Below, piece by piece: positions 50,270 to 63,650 of a DNA stretch of 64,000 nucleotides. Positions within the stretch are counted from its first letter, which is position 1; the number at the start of each line of letters is the position of its first letter. Source of the stretch: the human T2T-CHM13v2.0 reference genome, Homo sapiens; NCBI RefSeq assembly GCF_009914755.1, contig NC_060945.1. The stretch is one strand, 5' to 3'. A program made the translations under genes and the position numbers. The notes beneath the pieces were generated by a model that was given only the letters and a program-made list of their open reading frames with translations, was not told the DNA's origin and searched no databases.

Positions 50270-50790
50270 ATATTCTTGTCACAAAAACTTGATCCTGAAT
50301 TTAGTCAAACTTCTCCAGCTAACTTCCACTCACTTGGAATAGAGGGACAAGAGCATGGCACCATAAGGAAGCATGCAGACAAATGCTGAATGTGGGACAT
50401 TCTCCAAGACAATCGACCTGGTCTCTGCAACAAACCAAGGGAAGGGGGATTAAAAGAGAAAATAATGGAGACTGCGGTAGATTTAATAACACTTACAAGA
50501 TATAACAACAAAATGCCATGGGGAGAACCTGCTCAAATCCTGATTTGTGCCAACCAACAATAAAGAGACACTTTGGAGTCAAGTAAGTAAATTTTATTAT
50601 GGACTGAATATTACATCTAGTATATTACCAAAGAAATAGTGTGCACTTTGAGAGGCATAATAACTGTATTATGGTTACATAAGAAAATAGTAACCATTTT
50701 TAGAGCTATTAATATGTACTGAAATGTGTAGAGATTTAATGACATGATTTTGGGGACTTACTTTAAGGTACTTCAGCATATTGAAAAGGG
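50270..50790 (+). mobile_element. old L1M 3' region
   Basis: aatgtgggacattctccaagacaatcgacctggtctc...tgtactgaaatgtgtagag. Confidence 0.6.
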
Positions 50791-50797
50791 ATAAATG

Positions 50798-51080
50798 GGC
50801 CAGGCATGGTGGCTCACACCTGTAACCCCAGTACTTTCGGAGGCCGAAGCAGGAAAAAAAAAAAATGACCTGGCATGGTTGCACATGTCTGTAGTTTCAG
50901 CTACTGGGGGGTAAAAGAGGGGGTATTCCGAGGTGGGAGGATCACCTGAGCCCAGGGCTGTCGAGGCTGCAGTGAGCCATGATCACACCACTGCATTCCA
51001 GCCTGGGCTACAGAGTTAGACCCTAACTCAAAAACACAAACAAACAAACAAGCAAACAAAACAAGAAAAGAGATAAATAA
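50798..51080 (+). mobile_element. AluJ with internal deletion/insertion
   Basis: Left arm truncated at ccgaagcagg; extra sequence in the right arm. Confidence 0.88.
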
Positions 51081-51453
51081 AACATGTAACAAGATTTGTT
51101 TTTAAATCAGGCCTATTGAGGTTTACATACAATAAAGTTCACCCATTTAAAGTTTGATTAGTTTTGACAAATGCATACAGTTATATGACCAAAACCACAG
51201 CCAAGATATAGGATATTTCCTTCACCCTACAAAGCTCCCTCATGTATGCTGAGATTTCTATAATTCTTGGATCTAGAAATGAGTGTGTGAGGATTCACTG
51301 TATTATTTTCTTACTATTGTGCATAACTTGGAGCAGACCTGGCAAATACGATCTGGAATTTTTCTGGGGGCATGTGATGACTGTAGGACCTAGTGTGCAT
51401 GACAAGTGGACAGATGGATAACTGATTCTGAAACTTGAAAGAGAAGTGTCTCA

Positions 51454-51987
<534 letters not shown>

Positions 51988-52551
51988 TCACCCCAGAAAT
52001 CAAGGGACATCTGAACCTCTCCTACTCTCAAAGACCACCAATAGCCATCCAGTCAGAACCAAGTCCTGTCAATTCCCTCCCAAAATAAATCTCCCACCCA
52101 CCCATCTATGCTTATCCTCCTACTAACCCAAGCGAGGATCCCCTCTCACCTGCATATGTCAACAGCATCCCAATTTGTCTTCCTTTCTTGCCCCAACCCC
52201 ACCCATTCTGCACAGAGCAGTCAGAATTAAAAGGAAAATCAGGTCATGTCACTCTCTTGCTGAAAGCACTTCTGTAAAATAGTTTGGCAATTCCTCAAAC
52301 AATTAAACATAGAGTTGCCAGCAATTCTACTCCTAGAAATATATTCAAGAGAAATGAGAACATAGGTCCACACAGAATCACCATCCAAAGCCCAGACCTC
52401 CCAATTCTTACATTGGGGATTAAATTTCAACATGAATTTTAGAGGAGACGAAAACATTCAAACCATAATAGGACATAAACTTGATTTCTCATTGATAGGA
52501 TGGATGCAACTAAACAGCTCAACAGTGTTGATTAAAAATGCTTATTATGAT

Positions 52552-52722
52552 AGAGGAAAATGGCAGATAGGAGGCAGGACTAACTTGCAGCTCCCACTCG
52601 GATGGACAGAGCAGTGCATGAAGACCCACATCGTCAAATTTTACTCCAAGAACTAACACAGGATCATACCAGGAAAACCAAAAGAAACCACAGACCCTTT
52701 GAAGGCGGTGAATTGCTGCTGC
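52552..52722 (+). mobile_element. L1PB-type 5'UTR start
   Basis: aaaatggcagataggaggcaggactaacttgcagctcccactcggatggacagagcag. Confidence 0.7.
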
Positions 52723-52726
52723 AGGC

Positions 52727-53052
52727 TCTGTGTCCCCTACAAAATGCATATGGTGAAATCCTAGCCCCCAATGTGATGCTATTAGGAGGTGGTGCCTTTG
52801 GAAGGTGATTAGGTGATGAGGGGGGAGCCCTCAGGAATGGGATTAGTGCCCTTGAAAAGGGGACTCCAGAAAGTCTCTCACCCTCTTCCTACCATGAGAA
52901 GACAAGTGTACAACTCAGAAGAGGGCCTCACCAGCCCCCAGCAACGCTGGCATCCTGCTCTCAGACTTCCACCATCCAGAACTGTGAGAAATATGTTTCT
53001 GTTCTTTATAACTATCCGGTCTATGGTACTCTGTTATACACCCCAACAAAGA
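52727..53052 (+). mobile_element. MLT1A/B-like LTR
   Basis: tgtgtcccc...gaaatcctagcccccaatgtgat...ccagaactgtgagaaat...tctatggtactctgttata. Confidence 0.8.
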
Positions 53053-53073
53053 CGGCCCCTGTAAGAATTCTGC

Positions 53074-53471
53074 TGTGTGGTCCTGGGGAGGGATTGAGCA
53101 GGACCAGGAGCCATGATTCCAGTGTGTGACCCTGGGGAAGGACTGAGCAGGACCAGGAGCCATAATTTGGTGTGTGACCCTGGGGAGGGATTGAGCAGGA
53201 CCAGGAGCCATGATTCCCGTATGTGACACTGGGAAGGGATTGAGCAGGACCAGGAGCCACAATTCCAGTGTGTGACGCTGGGAAGGGATTGAGCAGGACC
53301 AGGAGTGAGCAGGACCAGGAGTGATAATTCCGGTGTGTGACCCTGGGGAAGGATTGAGCAGGACCAGGAACCATAATTTGGTGTGTGACCCTGGGGACGG
53401 ATTGAGCAGGACCAGGAGCCATGATTCCGGTGTGTGACCCTGGGGTAGGATTGAGCGGGACCAGGAGCCAT
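53074..53471 (+). repeat. GC-rich minisatellite, 8 units of 48-49 bp
   Basis: Unit ~tgtgtgaccctggggagggattgagcaggaccaggagccatgattccag; starts at 53074, 53123, 53171, 53220, 53269, 53334, 53382, 53431. Confidence 0.96.
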
Positions 53472-53669
53472 TGGGCCTGGTACATACATATAAATGAGTG
53501 AAGAGAGCAGAAATGTCTGCAAAGCAATCACATAGGAATGAATATTCTTCACATCCCAAAGGAAATGTGTCTTTCCCATTTTTGTTGAGACAGGCAGCCC
53601 TCCCTGGGTGTTTTACTCTCACTTTTGCTAGACTCATAAGTAAAAGAGAAATTATTTCTACCAGAAGAC

Positions 53670-54250
53670 ATAATTTGCAATTGTTAAGATATGGAAAATA
53701 TGGAACCAGCCCAAATGCCCAACAATCAATGAGTGGATAAAGAAAATGTGGTGTATACATATTTATACATATATATGTATAAATATATATACCACATTAT
53801 ATATTTTTTATATATAATATTTATGTTTATATTTATATTTATATTCCATGGTGTATACACACACACACACTGTGGAATACTACTCAGCCACAAAAAGGAA
53901 CAAAATAGTGGCATTCACAGCAACCTGGATGGAATTTGAGACTATTATTCTAAACGAAGTAACTCAGGAATGGAAAACCAAACATTGTATGTTCTCACTC
54001 ATAAGTGGGAGCTAAGCTATGAGGATGCGAAGGCATAAGAATGATACAGTGGACTTTGGGGACTCAGGGGAAATGGTAGCACGGGGTTGAGGAAGAAAAG
54101 ACTATACATTGGGTACAGTGTACACTGCTCTGGTAATGGGTGCACCAAAATCTCAGAAATCAAAAAAAAATCTCAGAAATTTAAAAAAAATAATAATAAG
54201 CAAAAGTTTTGAATTTTTAAAAAAATTTTTAAAAAGAAAAGAGAAAAAAA
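53670..54250 (+). mobile_element. L1PB (L1PB1-like) 3' end
   Basis: tatggaaccagcccaaatgccc...aagtaactcaggaatggaaaaccaaac...gggtgcaccaaaatctcagaaatc plus A-rich tail. Confidence 0.9.
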
Positions 54251-54328
54251 GAAGATAACCGCGCAAGGGCAGCTACAAATGACAAGTGACACTTGGCTTC
54301 AGGCTCAGGGAGGCAGTGGGAGTGGCAG

Positions 54329-54747
54329 TGTAGTGGATGCGGTGATGCTGCCCACCTCCCCTGGCAGGACGGGGACATCCTTCCCTCTGCTGCTGGGAGT
54401 GTGGTTGCTGACAGCTCTCGCTGGGGACGTTCCCTGGGAATCGCCCTCCTCTGGAAATAGCCACCTTGCCCAACAACTTCCCCCTCCTGGGGGCAACCCA
54501 CATCCAATGATGATTGATATGGCTCCTTCCTTGAGGCAGGACAACTTCAAAAGACCATCCTAGCTCCTGTGGGATGGGCTAAACCCTTGGTTGTGACAGA
54601 TCCACTGCACTGCAGTTCAGCTTCTCCATCCAATCCTTCTTTCTTCATTCACATTACCTGTGTTGATCCTGAGACCAGTCCCCAAGAAACTCCTGACTGT
54701 AAATCCCATCTCACAGCCAACTTCTCAGGGAGCCCCATCCAAGGCAG
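54329..54747 (+). mobile_element. LTR16-family ERVL LTR
   Basis: tgtagtggatgc...gctgctgggagtgtggttgctgacagctctc...tgtgttgatcctgag...ccatctcacagcc. Confidence 0.65.
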
Positions 54748-54868
54748 GTGGGGCTGAGGCTTACCAGGAGTGGGTGGCTGCTGCTCTAGCTGTTGTCCCA
54801 TGCTGTAACTGAGCTAGATCTTGCAATCTTTCAAAAGAAGTTACAAATCTCTAACTGTATGTGAAATC

Positions 54869-55042
54869 TTGTTTTGTTTTGTTTTGTTTTGTTTTGAGAT
54901 AGGGTCTTGCTCTGTCATCCAGGCTTAAGTGCAGTGGCACCATCACAGCTCACTGCAGCCACGACCTCCCCAGCTTAAGCAATCCTCCCACCTCAGCCTC
55001 CCAAGTAGCTAGGATCACAGGTGCACACCACCAGACCTGGTT

Positions 55043-55073
<31 letters not shown>

Positions 55074-55192
55074 GTAGAGATGAGGTCTCCCTATGTTGCC
55101 CAGGCTGGTCTTGAACTCCTGGGCTCAAGCAATCCTTCCATCTCGGCCTCCCAAAGTGATGGGATTATAGGCATGAGCCACTGCACCCAACC
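54869..55192 (-). mobile_element. AluJ with expanded middle poly(T)
   Basis: Reverse Alu; TSD aaatcttgt. Confidence 0.93.
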
Positions 55193-56489
55193 AAAATCTT
55201 GTAATCTTTAAATGTCAGTTTGCTTCTTGGCTATCTCATTTACAATCTCTGAAGTCAACCTTCTTCACCAAAGATCATAAGTCTTAATCATGAAATATAT
55301 CCAGTCTCTTGAAACCAGTAAAGCGAATCTATGTACTCCTGCATTCCACCTTATCCCTTCAAATCCTCTGATGATTGGCCAAATATGAAAAGAGATCATA
55401 ACAGCACTGACCTTTATGTAGGCCATCAATCTTATTTCACATCCATTGTCTATTTTGATGACGTCTTTACACTGTGTCATTCGGGTCACAGGTTAATGAT
55501 CTACTTTGTATTCACTGGAGGTGATCACAGTGGAGTCTCAGGTGGGCCACAAGTTGAGACACAAGGACATCATCTCCTGTGTGGTGGAGATGCCCAAGTT
55601 TCTCAGCCTCTCACTCTCCCACCCACTTGCCTTGTCCTCAAGCATTGGAACAGAGTCACTTGCCATGTTGATCTAGATCAATGAAACTTTAGAGCATGAG
55701 TTTTAAATTTTAACTTATTTCTGAAATTGTTGATGCAGAATCAATGCACACAACTGTGCAAACCAGGGTTGAGTGGCCCAGTTCTCCCCTACAGCTCCCT
55801 GCGTGCGGTAACTTATAGACGTCCCTAACACTGAATGGATGGAGTCTGGAAACCACCATCAGAGGTGGTCTGGCTACAGGTCCACATGCATCGTTAGCCC
55901 CTCTCCATTTCTCACATGGCTTCAATCAAGCAGAGATTTCATCTCCGTCTGCTTCTGCCAGACTATCAATCCAAAAAGCTAATGGGACACTTGTTTGTTG
56001 CTCCCCTCTGGTAAAAAGAAATGCCTGTTGCTTTTGTGCTTCCATGACAGGAAGGCAGCCAGTTGGTTTTGCCCATTCATAACCAAGGTTAAGTTCCCTG
56101 ACTAGCTGGAGGGCACCACGTCTGTGTCTCAGGTCAGCTAGCACTTTTCACTGCACTGCTGGCATTAATTTGGCATCTTCTCCTGACCACAGCATGACTG
56201 TGAAGCCAGCAACATTCTCCTTACAGGTCACAGAAAAATAAATACTACCATGCTATCTGTCCTTTTCATCAGATTCTGCTAGGATTTGCCTGGCATGCAG
56301 TTGGCACTCGATAAATACTTGTGAAATGAACAAATGGGTATCAGCAAAGGCAGTTTCTGAATGATATTCTGATGTAATTATTTGGATGCTCAGAGTTTAA
56401 ATGTGAGTCCCTGCCTTTACCAAATTATTCCACCTCTACCCTCAAGTAGGTCTAATGTCCAATATTGTGGTTGTCCTTAATTAGGTGAC

Positions 56490-56965
56490 AAGGCTACCAA
56501 AGGCCCTACGCGACCTGCCCCTAACGCACCTCTTCAGCCTCGTGTCTCTGTCTCCCTCTTGCTCCACCCACAGTGTCCCAGCCAGACACAACTCACTCAC
56601 TCCTGTAATGGAGCAGGCTCAGGGCCTTTGCACATCCTGCTCTCTCGGCTGGAACATTCTTCCACCACCACCACTGGCCTAATTCATTCAAACCCACTCT
56701 TCAAGCCCCAGAGTTGATGTCACTTCCCTGGGACACCTTCCCAATCTCCTGACTCCCGTGGGTTACGTGCACTTCCCGTGCTCCCGACATGTCCTTATTT
56801 CAGTTCTCATCACCCTGCATGGTAACGGCCTTGCTGCCTGTGGTACCTCTCACCAGGCTGTAAAAGTCACGCAGAGAAGTGTGTCTGCTGTTGCATCCTC
56901 AGGCCCCAACAAATGGGAAATGCTCGCTACACATTTGAGTTTTTGTTGGTTGCATGAATGAATGC
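56490..56965 (+). mobile_element. L2 3' region
   Basis: aaggccctacgcgacctgccc...cagggcctttgcacat...tgcatgaatgaatg. Confidence 0.6.
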
Positions 56966-57099
56966 ATCAGCCATGAGAGCTCTATTCTTGTGCCCTCCAG
57001 GAGATGAGTAAGGTAGGATTTGGAGAACAGATTTTGGAATCAGACGGACGTGAGTGGGCAGCCTGACCCCACCCTTACTTCTTCATGTAAGACAACAGA

Positions 57100-57411
<312 letters not shown>

Positions 57412-57524
57412 CTAAGAGGAATTTATTTTTTTTAAGTATTAGTCAGCTCATAGAAGCTCTGGGAAAGGTGAGGAACTGAGTGTGCCACTGTACTGGTTCT
57501 AAAACATAAGCAAAACTTCTTAGA

Positions 57525-58133
57525 CAGTCCCCTCATGGAAGGAGGAGTCTAATCGCCACCCCTCCTTGAATATGGGCTAGCCTTAGTGACTCTCTCTTAA
57601 TGAATAGCACATGGCGGTAGAGATGCTCTATCATTTCCAGGTGATACAACTTCTGCCTGACTCTCTCTTTCTCTCTTTTTCTCTCTCCTTCTCTCTGTGT
57701 CTGTATATCTCTCTGTCTCTCTGTCTCCCTCTCTCTGCATGTGTCTCTCTGTCTCTCTCTTCTCTGTCTCTCTGTCTCTCTCTCTCTCTTTCCTTCCTTC
57801 CCTCTCTCAATGTTCTCCCTTGGGACCTCGCCTCCATGTTGTGAGGAAGCCAGGCAGCCCCATGGGAAAACCACATCGAGGTGTCTGGCCATGGCCCCAG
57901 CTAAGGTCACAGCCAAGAGCCAGCATCAACCACCAGCCACATGAGCAAGCAGGCCTCAGATGATCCTAGCCCCCAGCCTTCAAGCCACTCAACCAATGGT
58001 GAGTGGAGCAGAAATGATTGTCCCTGCCAAACCCTGCACAAATTATACTTTCAAAAGCAAAACGAATGTTGATCCTGGTTTGAGCTCCTAAGTTTTGGGG
58101 TGATTGCTTACATGGTAATAGATAACCAGAACA
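57525..58133 (+). mobile_element. MLT1F-like LTR with (CT)-rich insert at 57660-57810
   Basis: ccttgaatatgggctagccttagtgac...gccagcatcaaccaccagcc...ctaagttttggggtgattgctt...agataaccagaaca. Confidence 0.75.
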
Positions 58134-59471
58134 GCAACTCTGCAGCCACGAGCACCACCTAAATTGTGCCACAGGAGCTCTGCAGCCAGGGACCCAGGGT
58201 TGCTCTGAGGCCCTTACAGTTCATCCCATGGTTGCCAGACCCCACAGTCAGTGCTAGAACTTCTGCTGTGTTGCCACTGTTGTGGCCATGATGAGAAGAA
58301 CAAAGGGTGACCAGGCAATCTCAGAGTGCGTGTGCTGGCTGCAAGCAGGGGCTCAGAGGAGGGCACAGCTCTGCTATTGACCAGCTGTGTGAGCTTGGGC
58401 AAGTGTCCTAACCACTCTGGGACTCAACTACTTCTTTCTGAAGTGGGATCAGTAGGGGTACCGTATGCATGGAGTGGTTGTGAGAATTAGACAAATTAAT
58501 AGATACAGATGATGAGAACAGTGCTGGGCTAATGAGTATGCATTATTCTCTACCTCGGGCCCCCCATCACTTCCTATCTAGTACGTGATTTCCTTCTAGC
58601 AGCTGTTATCACTACATGACCTTATCGCATGTATTGATGTGCTCTCTTGTTTTTGGTCTGCTCTCCTTCCTGTTGGGTTGTAAGCTCGATGCAGGAAGGA
58701 AGTATGTTTTCCTGTCACTGAATCTTCAGCACCTAGAAGAGTAGGCGCTGATATATCAGGCTAGATGTGTCAAGCACATATCACACGCTCAGTGAATGTT
58801 TGCTGAGCAAATGAATGAAGTGGCTGATAATATCACCAGAGAGCTAAGATAGGACCTCAAATAACGCTAATACAAAATAGACACCATAAGGCTTGTGAGA
58901 GAGGTGCACAAAGCTAACAGGCTTCAAGGAAAGGGAAAGAAATGAAACCAATGGGGAATTCTAGAAAAGGCTTTGGAGAAGGGATGCCACAGGGGTTGGG
59001 CCTCAAAGGAGAGACAGGACTTCAAGAGATGAAGATGTAACAGAAGATGGGACTGAGAGAGAATTAGTAAGAGCCAAGACCAAAGTAGGGAAGGACAGGA
59101 CATGCTTAGGGAAGGGCCAGTGGTGCCCTTGGGCTGGTCTACAGCAATTGAGGTTACACAGACTGGCTAAGACCATTGTCACAACCTTCCAGTGTGTCCC
59201 CCAAAGGGTAAAATATTCTCCAGGTCCCAGGTGGATTCAGTGCAAGCACCTCCTGTTCAGCTCCACCTGGGCCTGACTCTTCCCGTGCTGGGTGAGCTGA
59301 GAATGATCCATGCAGCCAGGCTTATGGCTGAAAGGATCCCAGAGATTTTCATCCTTTTCCTTTTGTAAGAACACAGACACAGAGGTTGGGCTTTCAATTC
59401 TAAATTCTAAAGAAGAGAAGATGCCCCATCTTCAGGAGGCCACCCTGACAACGTCTAGCACTGGGACAAAC

Positions 59472-59687
59472 AATTGCAGGGAGCTCCAGGAGACAGGTGG
59501 GGAAGAATGTGTGAACAGAACTGACTGCTATTGAATTTAAGATGGTATTATGTTGGTGCAAAAGTAACTGTAGTTTTTGCCATTACATTTTTTTTAAATG
59601 ACAAAAACTGCAATTAGTTTTGCACCAACCTAATATTTAATTATTTCCTGCCTAAAAATGGGGACATAAATGAAATATTCATTGACT
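59472..59687 (+). repeat. left arm of ~216-bp inverted duplication
   Basis: Reverse complement of 60710-60926; differences are 2 substitutions, 1 indel and the MADE1 loop. Confidence 0.97.
59548..59633. mobile_element. MADE1 (Hsmar1-derived MITE)
   Basis: ttatgttggtgcaaaagtaactgtagtttttgccatt...ttttgcaccaacctaa with flanking TA dinucleotides. Confidence 0.93.
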
Positions 59688-59699
59688 GAATATATTCAT

Positions 59700-60030
59700 G
59701 TTATATAAATATATATATTTATATATATTATATATATGTGAATATATATTATATATATGTGAATATATATTATATATATGTGAATATATATATTATATAT
59801 ATGTGAATATATATAAATGTATATATTTATATATATGTGAATATATATAAATGTATATATTTATATATATGTGAATATATATAAATGTATATATTTATAT
59901 ATATGTGAATATATATAAATGTATATATTTATATATATGTGAATATATATAAATGTATATATTTATATATATGTGAATATATATAAATGTATATATTTAT
60001 ATATATGTGAATATATATAAATGTATATAT
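59700..60030. repeat. AT-rich minisatellite (21/21/23-bp units, then ~6.7 identical 34-bp units)
   Basis: gtgaatatatataaatgtatatatttatatatat at 59803, 59837, 59871, 59905, 59939, 59973; partial at 60007. Confidence 0.95.
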
Positions 60031-60709
60031 GAGTATATAAATGAATGCCCAAGAGCATGGCGCACCAAAGAGAGTCCAAGTTCTGCTTGGCTTATCAAAG
60101 GGAACATCCTCCTCAAAAGAACATGTGGGAGACGGCAGAGGAGCAACTAGTGTGTGTGTTTTCTCCTACGTCTAGGAGGAAAAAACTAAATCTGTCACTT
60201 TCTGCATGTATTCACATTAAAAAAGGATTCAAAGCTGTCTATTTAGAAGACAGTGCCAGTACCAATTTCTGTGCCAGGGAGATGATATTTTGCAGTTCAC
60301 AGGGTAGAAAGAACACCATTTTTGTCACATGTTTAGTATTCCACAAGCAGTGAAAGTTAGAATAATTACCTGTGAACGACTATGTATGTTTCTTTCATCT
60401 AATTAGGTAATCTGCCCAGGTGTTTAGGACCAAGGCCTCTCTAGGCTTTAATTAGAAAAAGTCAAGGACAGAAACTAATTAGCAGCATTAATCCAAACCA
60501 GAAGTCTAATGATATTAACCACAAATCACTATTGCAATCAGGAGCCTTTATTCTAAACCATTTTTAAAGTGAGGGAGGAGGGGAAGAAGACAAGGTATTT
60601 TTCAGCTTTAGAATATTGACTTCCAAACACTAATTCCAGTCAACTTTGATCCACTCTCTCAAAGCAATAGAAAGAACTGTGATTAACAAAAAGGCAGTAC
60701 AGAATTAAA

Positions 60710-60926
60710 AGTCAATGAATATTTCATTTATGTCCCCATTTTTAGGCAGGAAATGATTAAATATTAGGTTGGTGCAAAACTAATTGCAGTTTTTGTCTTT
60801 TTTTTTTTTAATGTAATGGCAAAAACTACAGTTACTTTTGCACCAACATAATACCATCTTAAATTCAAAGCAGTCAGTTCTGTTCATACATTCTTCCCCA
60901 CCTGTCTCCTGGAGCTCCCTGCAATT
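60710..60926 (-). repeat. right arm of inverted duplication
   Basis: agtcaatgaatatttc...ggagctccctgcaatt is the reverse complement of the left arm. Confidence 0.97.
60764..60851. mobile_element. MADE1 (second copy)
   Basis: ttaggttggtgcaaaactaattgc...ttttgcaccaacataa with flanking TA. Confidence 0.93.
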
Positions 60927-61119
60927 TATAGGTAATGATCTACATGTACCTGGAACTTTCAAAGTGCAAATAGATTTTTATGACCTCAAAACTCTCCTAA
61001 AATTACCGTTTGATTCATTCTAGTTTTCATCAAAATAAGAGAAAAATAACCAAATTCCATGAGGAAAAGTCCATATTTCCAAGGTAGCCAATGGGCTGCT
61101 GTATGTGTAAAACTATAGG

Positions 61120-61521
<402 letters not shown>

Positions 61522-63479
61522 TGAAAACACTAGTAGACACAGAGCACATAGTTTTGATTTGTTTTGTTATTAGTGAACATAAAATGACATGGAAATTTTA
61601 TATTTCGGGCACACTGGCATTTTAAATAATTAATTAGGTAAAAGTAAAATTGGATGAAAAGCCCAATTTAGCATCAGGCTGAAGACAAAAGAAGCCCCAC
61701 ATCAAAGATTAAGAAACTGGAACACACATCAATCCTAATTTGTTGTATCAGTGCATTTTTCAGTCCCTTCTCTCCATGGATGACTTGGGTTTGCTAGTGT
61801 TACTAGCCAAATCCCCCAAGGTTAGCTCAATCTAACTTAAACTTGAGCCCCACCAGGAAAAGGAACTTGAACTATCATTTTGAGTTTCGATTCTCCTCTG
61901 ATTTTCTATTCCTCATTGTCAACCTTCAATATACCTCCCAATCCCCAACCACCCCGCAAACAGACAAAAATTTAGAAAAAGAAAACCAGGCTTTTCAAAG
62001 AATAAAATTGAGGGATTTGCATAATTTAGTATCTGGCTTTCAGAAATTTTTTTTAACAACAGAAAAAAAGGTTTTCATTGCCTCTCCCTCTGGAATATAA
62101 ACTGACTCTGCCTCATGAGAACATACCTGTGTCCCAAGCATTGGCCCTCAAGAGGTTGTGGCTTAGAAACCAAAGAATGTAAATAAAACCTGTGTAGAAA
62201 GTGATGTTCCCAGGCAGCTGCTTTGGGAGCCTCTCCTGGTTTGTTTATTTTTTTTTTCATACCCGCTTTGTTTAACACATGCTAGGTTTTTCCCAGCTAG
62301 CTATCAAACATTGCTCACGTTTAAGGGTTAAAATAATGTGGTCATTATTGTACTATTCCCGAGAAACGGGAAAAAGAGATCTACAGCAGACTTGCTGCAG
62401 CTGTTAGGCAGCCCAATTGCCAACCACAAGGGAATTTGCTTACTTCTATATCACAATCTCCCACCTTGATAAAAAAGAAAAAAACACACCCATTTCATTT
62501 AGACTGTATACTAAGAATAATTGCCACCAATATTGATTGGCCTTTTGGGATCCAGCTGAATTTAAAAATTGCAGACTGTGAAATCCCAGCTGATGTATCC
62601 TCACTGAGATTACTGCTTATTTGTGACAGGTTCCTGTGTTTAAACTTATCTATGAAAACTGTGAAATTAATATCTTCATGTTGAGTACAATATGGTAACA
62701 CAACCTGCTGAGACGCACAGCTATTTTTGTTCTTATTATTTTAATGCTGGCTCCTGCCTGTGCCCCACTGTGAATCTTTCTGATAATGAAGCATAAGTAC
62801 ATTTGTTATCTGGAGTCTCATGTTCTCACTGTTTTCTAACTGTTTATTTTCAGGGATTGCACAAATGAGGTTTGTTTCTTTTTAAGTTTTTTTTTTGCTG
62901 CACAATTAGTTTTATCTGGATTTTAACCTAGTTGGTTCTCACGCTGGCCTCCGGCTTGGGAGTAAAATTACTGCAGTTGACTTCTGTTTCTGCTTCATCG
63001 TACACACCTCCGACACAGAAGATTTGAAGCTAGACGTTTCCTGACAAGTGCTTTCGTCTGCTAAAATCAGAGAGGAAAATGTGCTAGAGTCTTAACTACT
63101 AAATCCACGTGATTAACTTATAAAGTTCAAATATGTCAAATATGGAAATTCAGCTGTTTCTGAAACTAATCACAGCTAAAAAACAAAAGCTGATCATGTG
63201 GAAATGTGCCTTTAAGTCACACAAACATATATGACTCTGACGCTGAAAATTTCAGGGAGTCATGGGCTATTGGTCTGGCACACATAAAAGCAGCAGAGAA
63301 CAATGTCACTTGCTTTCCATGAGACTAGAAGTTCTTTGTTTCGTCTGTTATTATCAGAGTCATTGCAGAATCTCATCTTCCTCTCCATTCCAGTTTCATC
63401 CCTTCCTCATATTACACACAAATTAAATGTCAGTTTTGAAAGAATCAGGGCAATACCATTTTTAAAAAATATATATACA

Positions 63480-63650
63480 CAGATAAAAGGACTGGAAAGG
63501 TGTACACAAAAATTCACAGAGATTCTCTCTGCCTTTCTGGTTACCTGTGATTTGTATTTTCTTCTTTTCACTAATCTCTATGTCCTAAATTTCCTACAAT
63601 GTGTAGGGATGACCTTGGTAACAGGAAAACAATTATATTTTTTAAAAAAA
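63480..63650 (+). mobile_element. old L1ME-like 3' end
   Basis: gactggaaaggtgtacacaaaa...ttttcttcttt...aatttcctacaatgtg. Confidence 0.45.

Noticed and set aside
53074-53471. CRISPR-like appearance of the periodic repeats (also 4044-4151)
   Set aside because: Head-to-tail tandem units without unique spacers; primate DNA; no cas genes
52915-53760. 281-, 168- and 181-aa overlapping minus-strand ORFs
   Set aside because: Produced by the stop-free VNTR plus flanking L1/LTR sequence; all three frames are open
59548-60851. Naming a specific MIR548 gene
   Set aside because: Thousands of MADE1 copies exist; I cannot match a specific annotated hairpin without a database
62356-62372. TTCccgaGAA STAT6-type site and small hairpin
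   Set aside because: Single short motif, expected by chance in 64 kb
62830-62875. Plus-strand branch point and acceptor (ttctaac...ttttcAG) with a possible 16-nt microexon
   Set aside because: Weak donor and no partner exons identified
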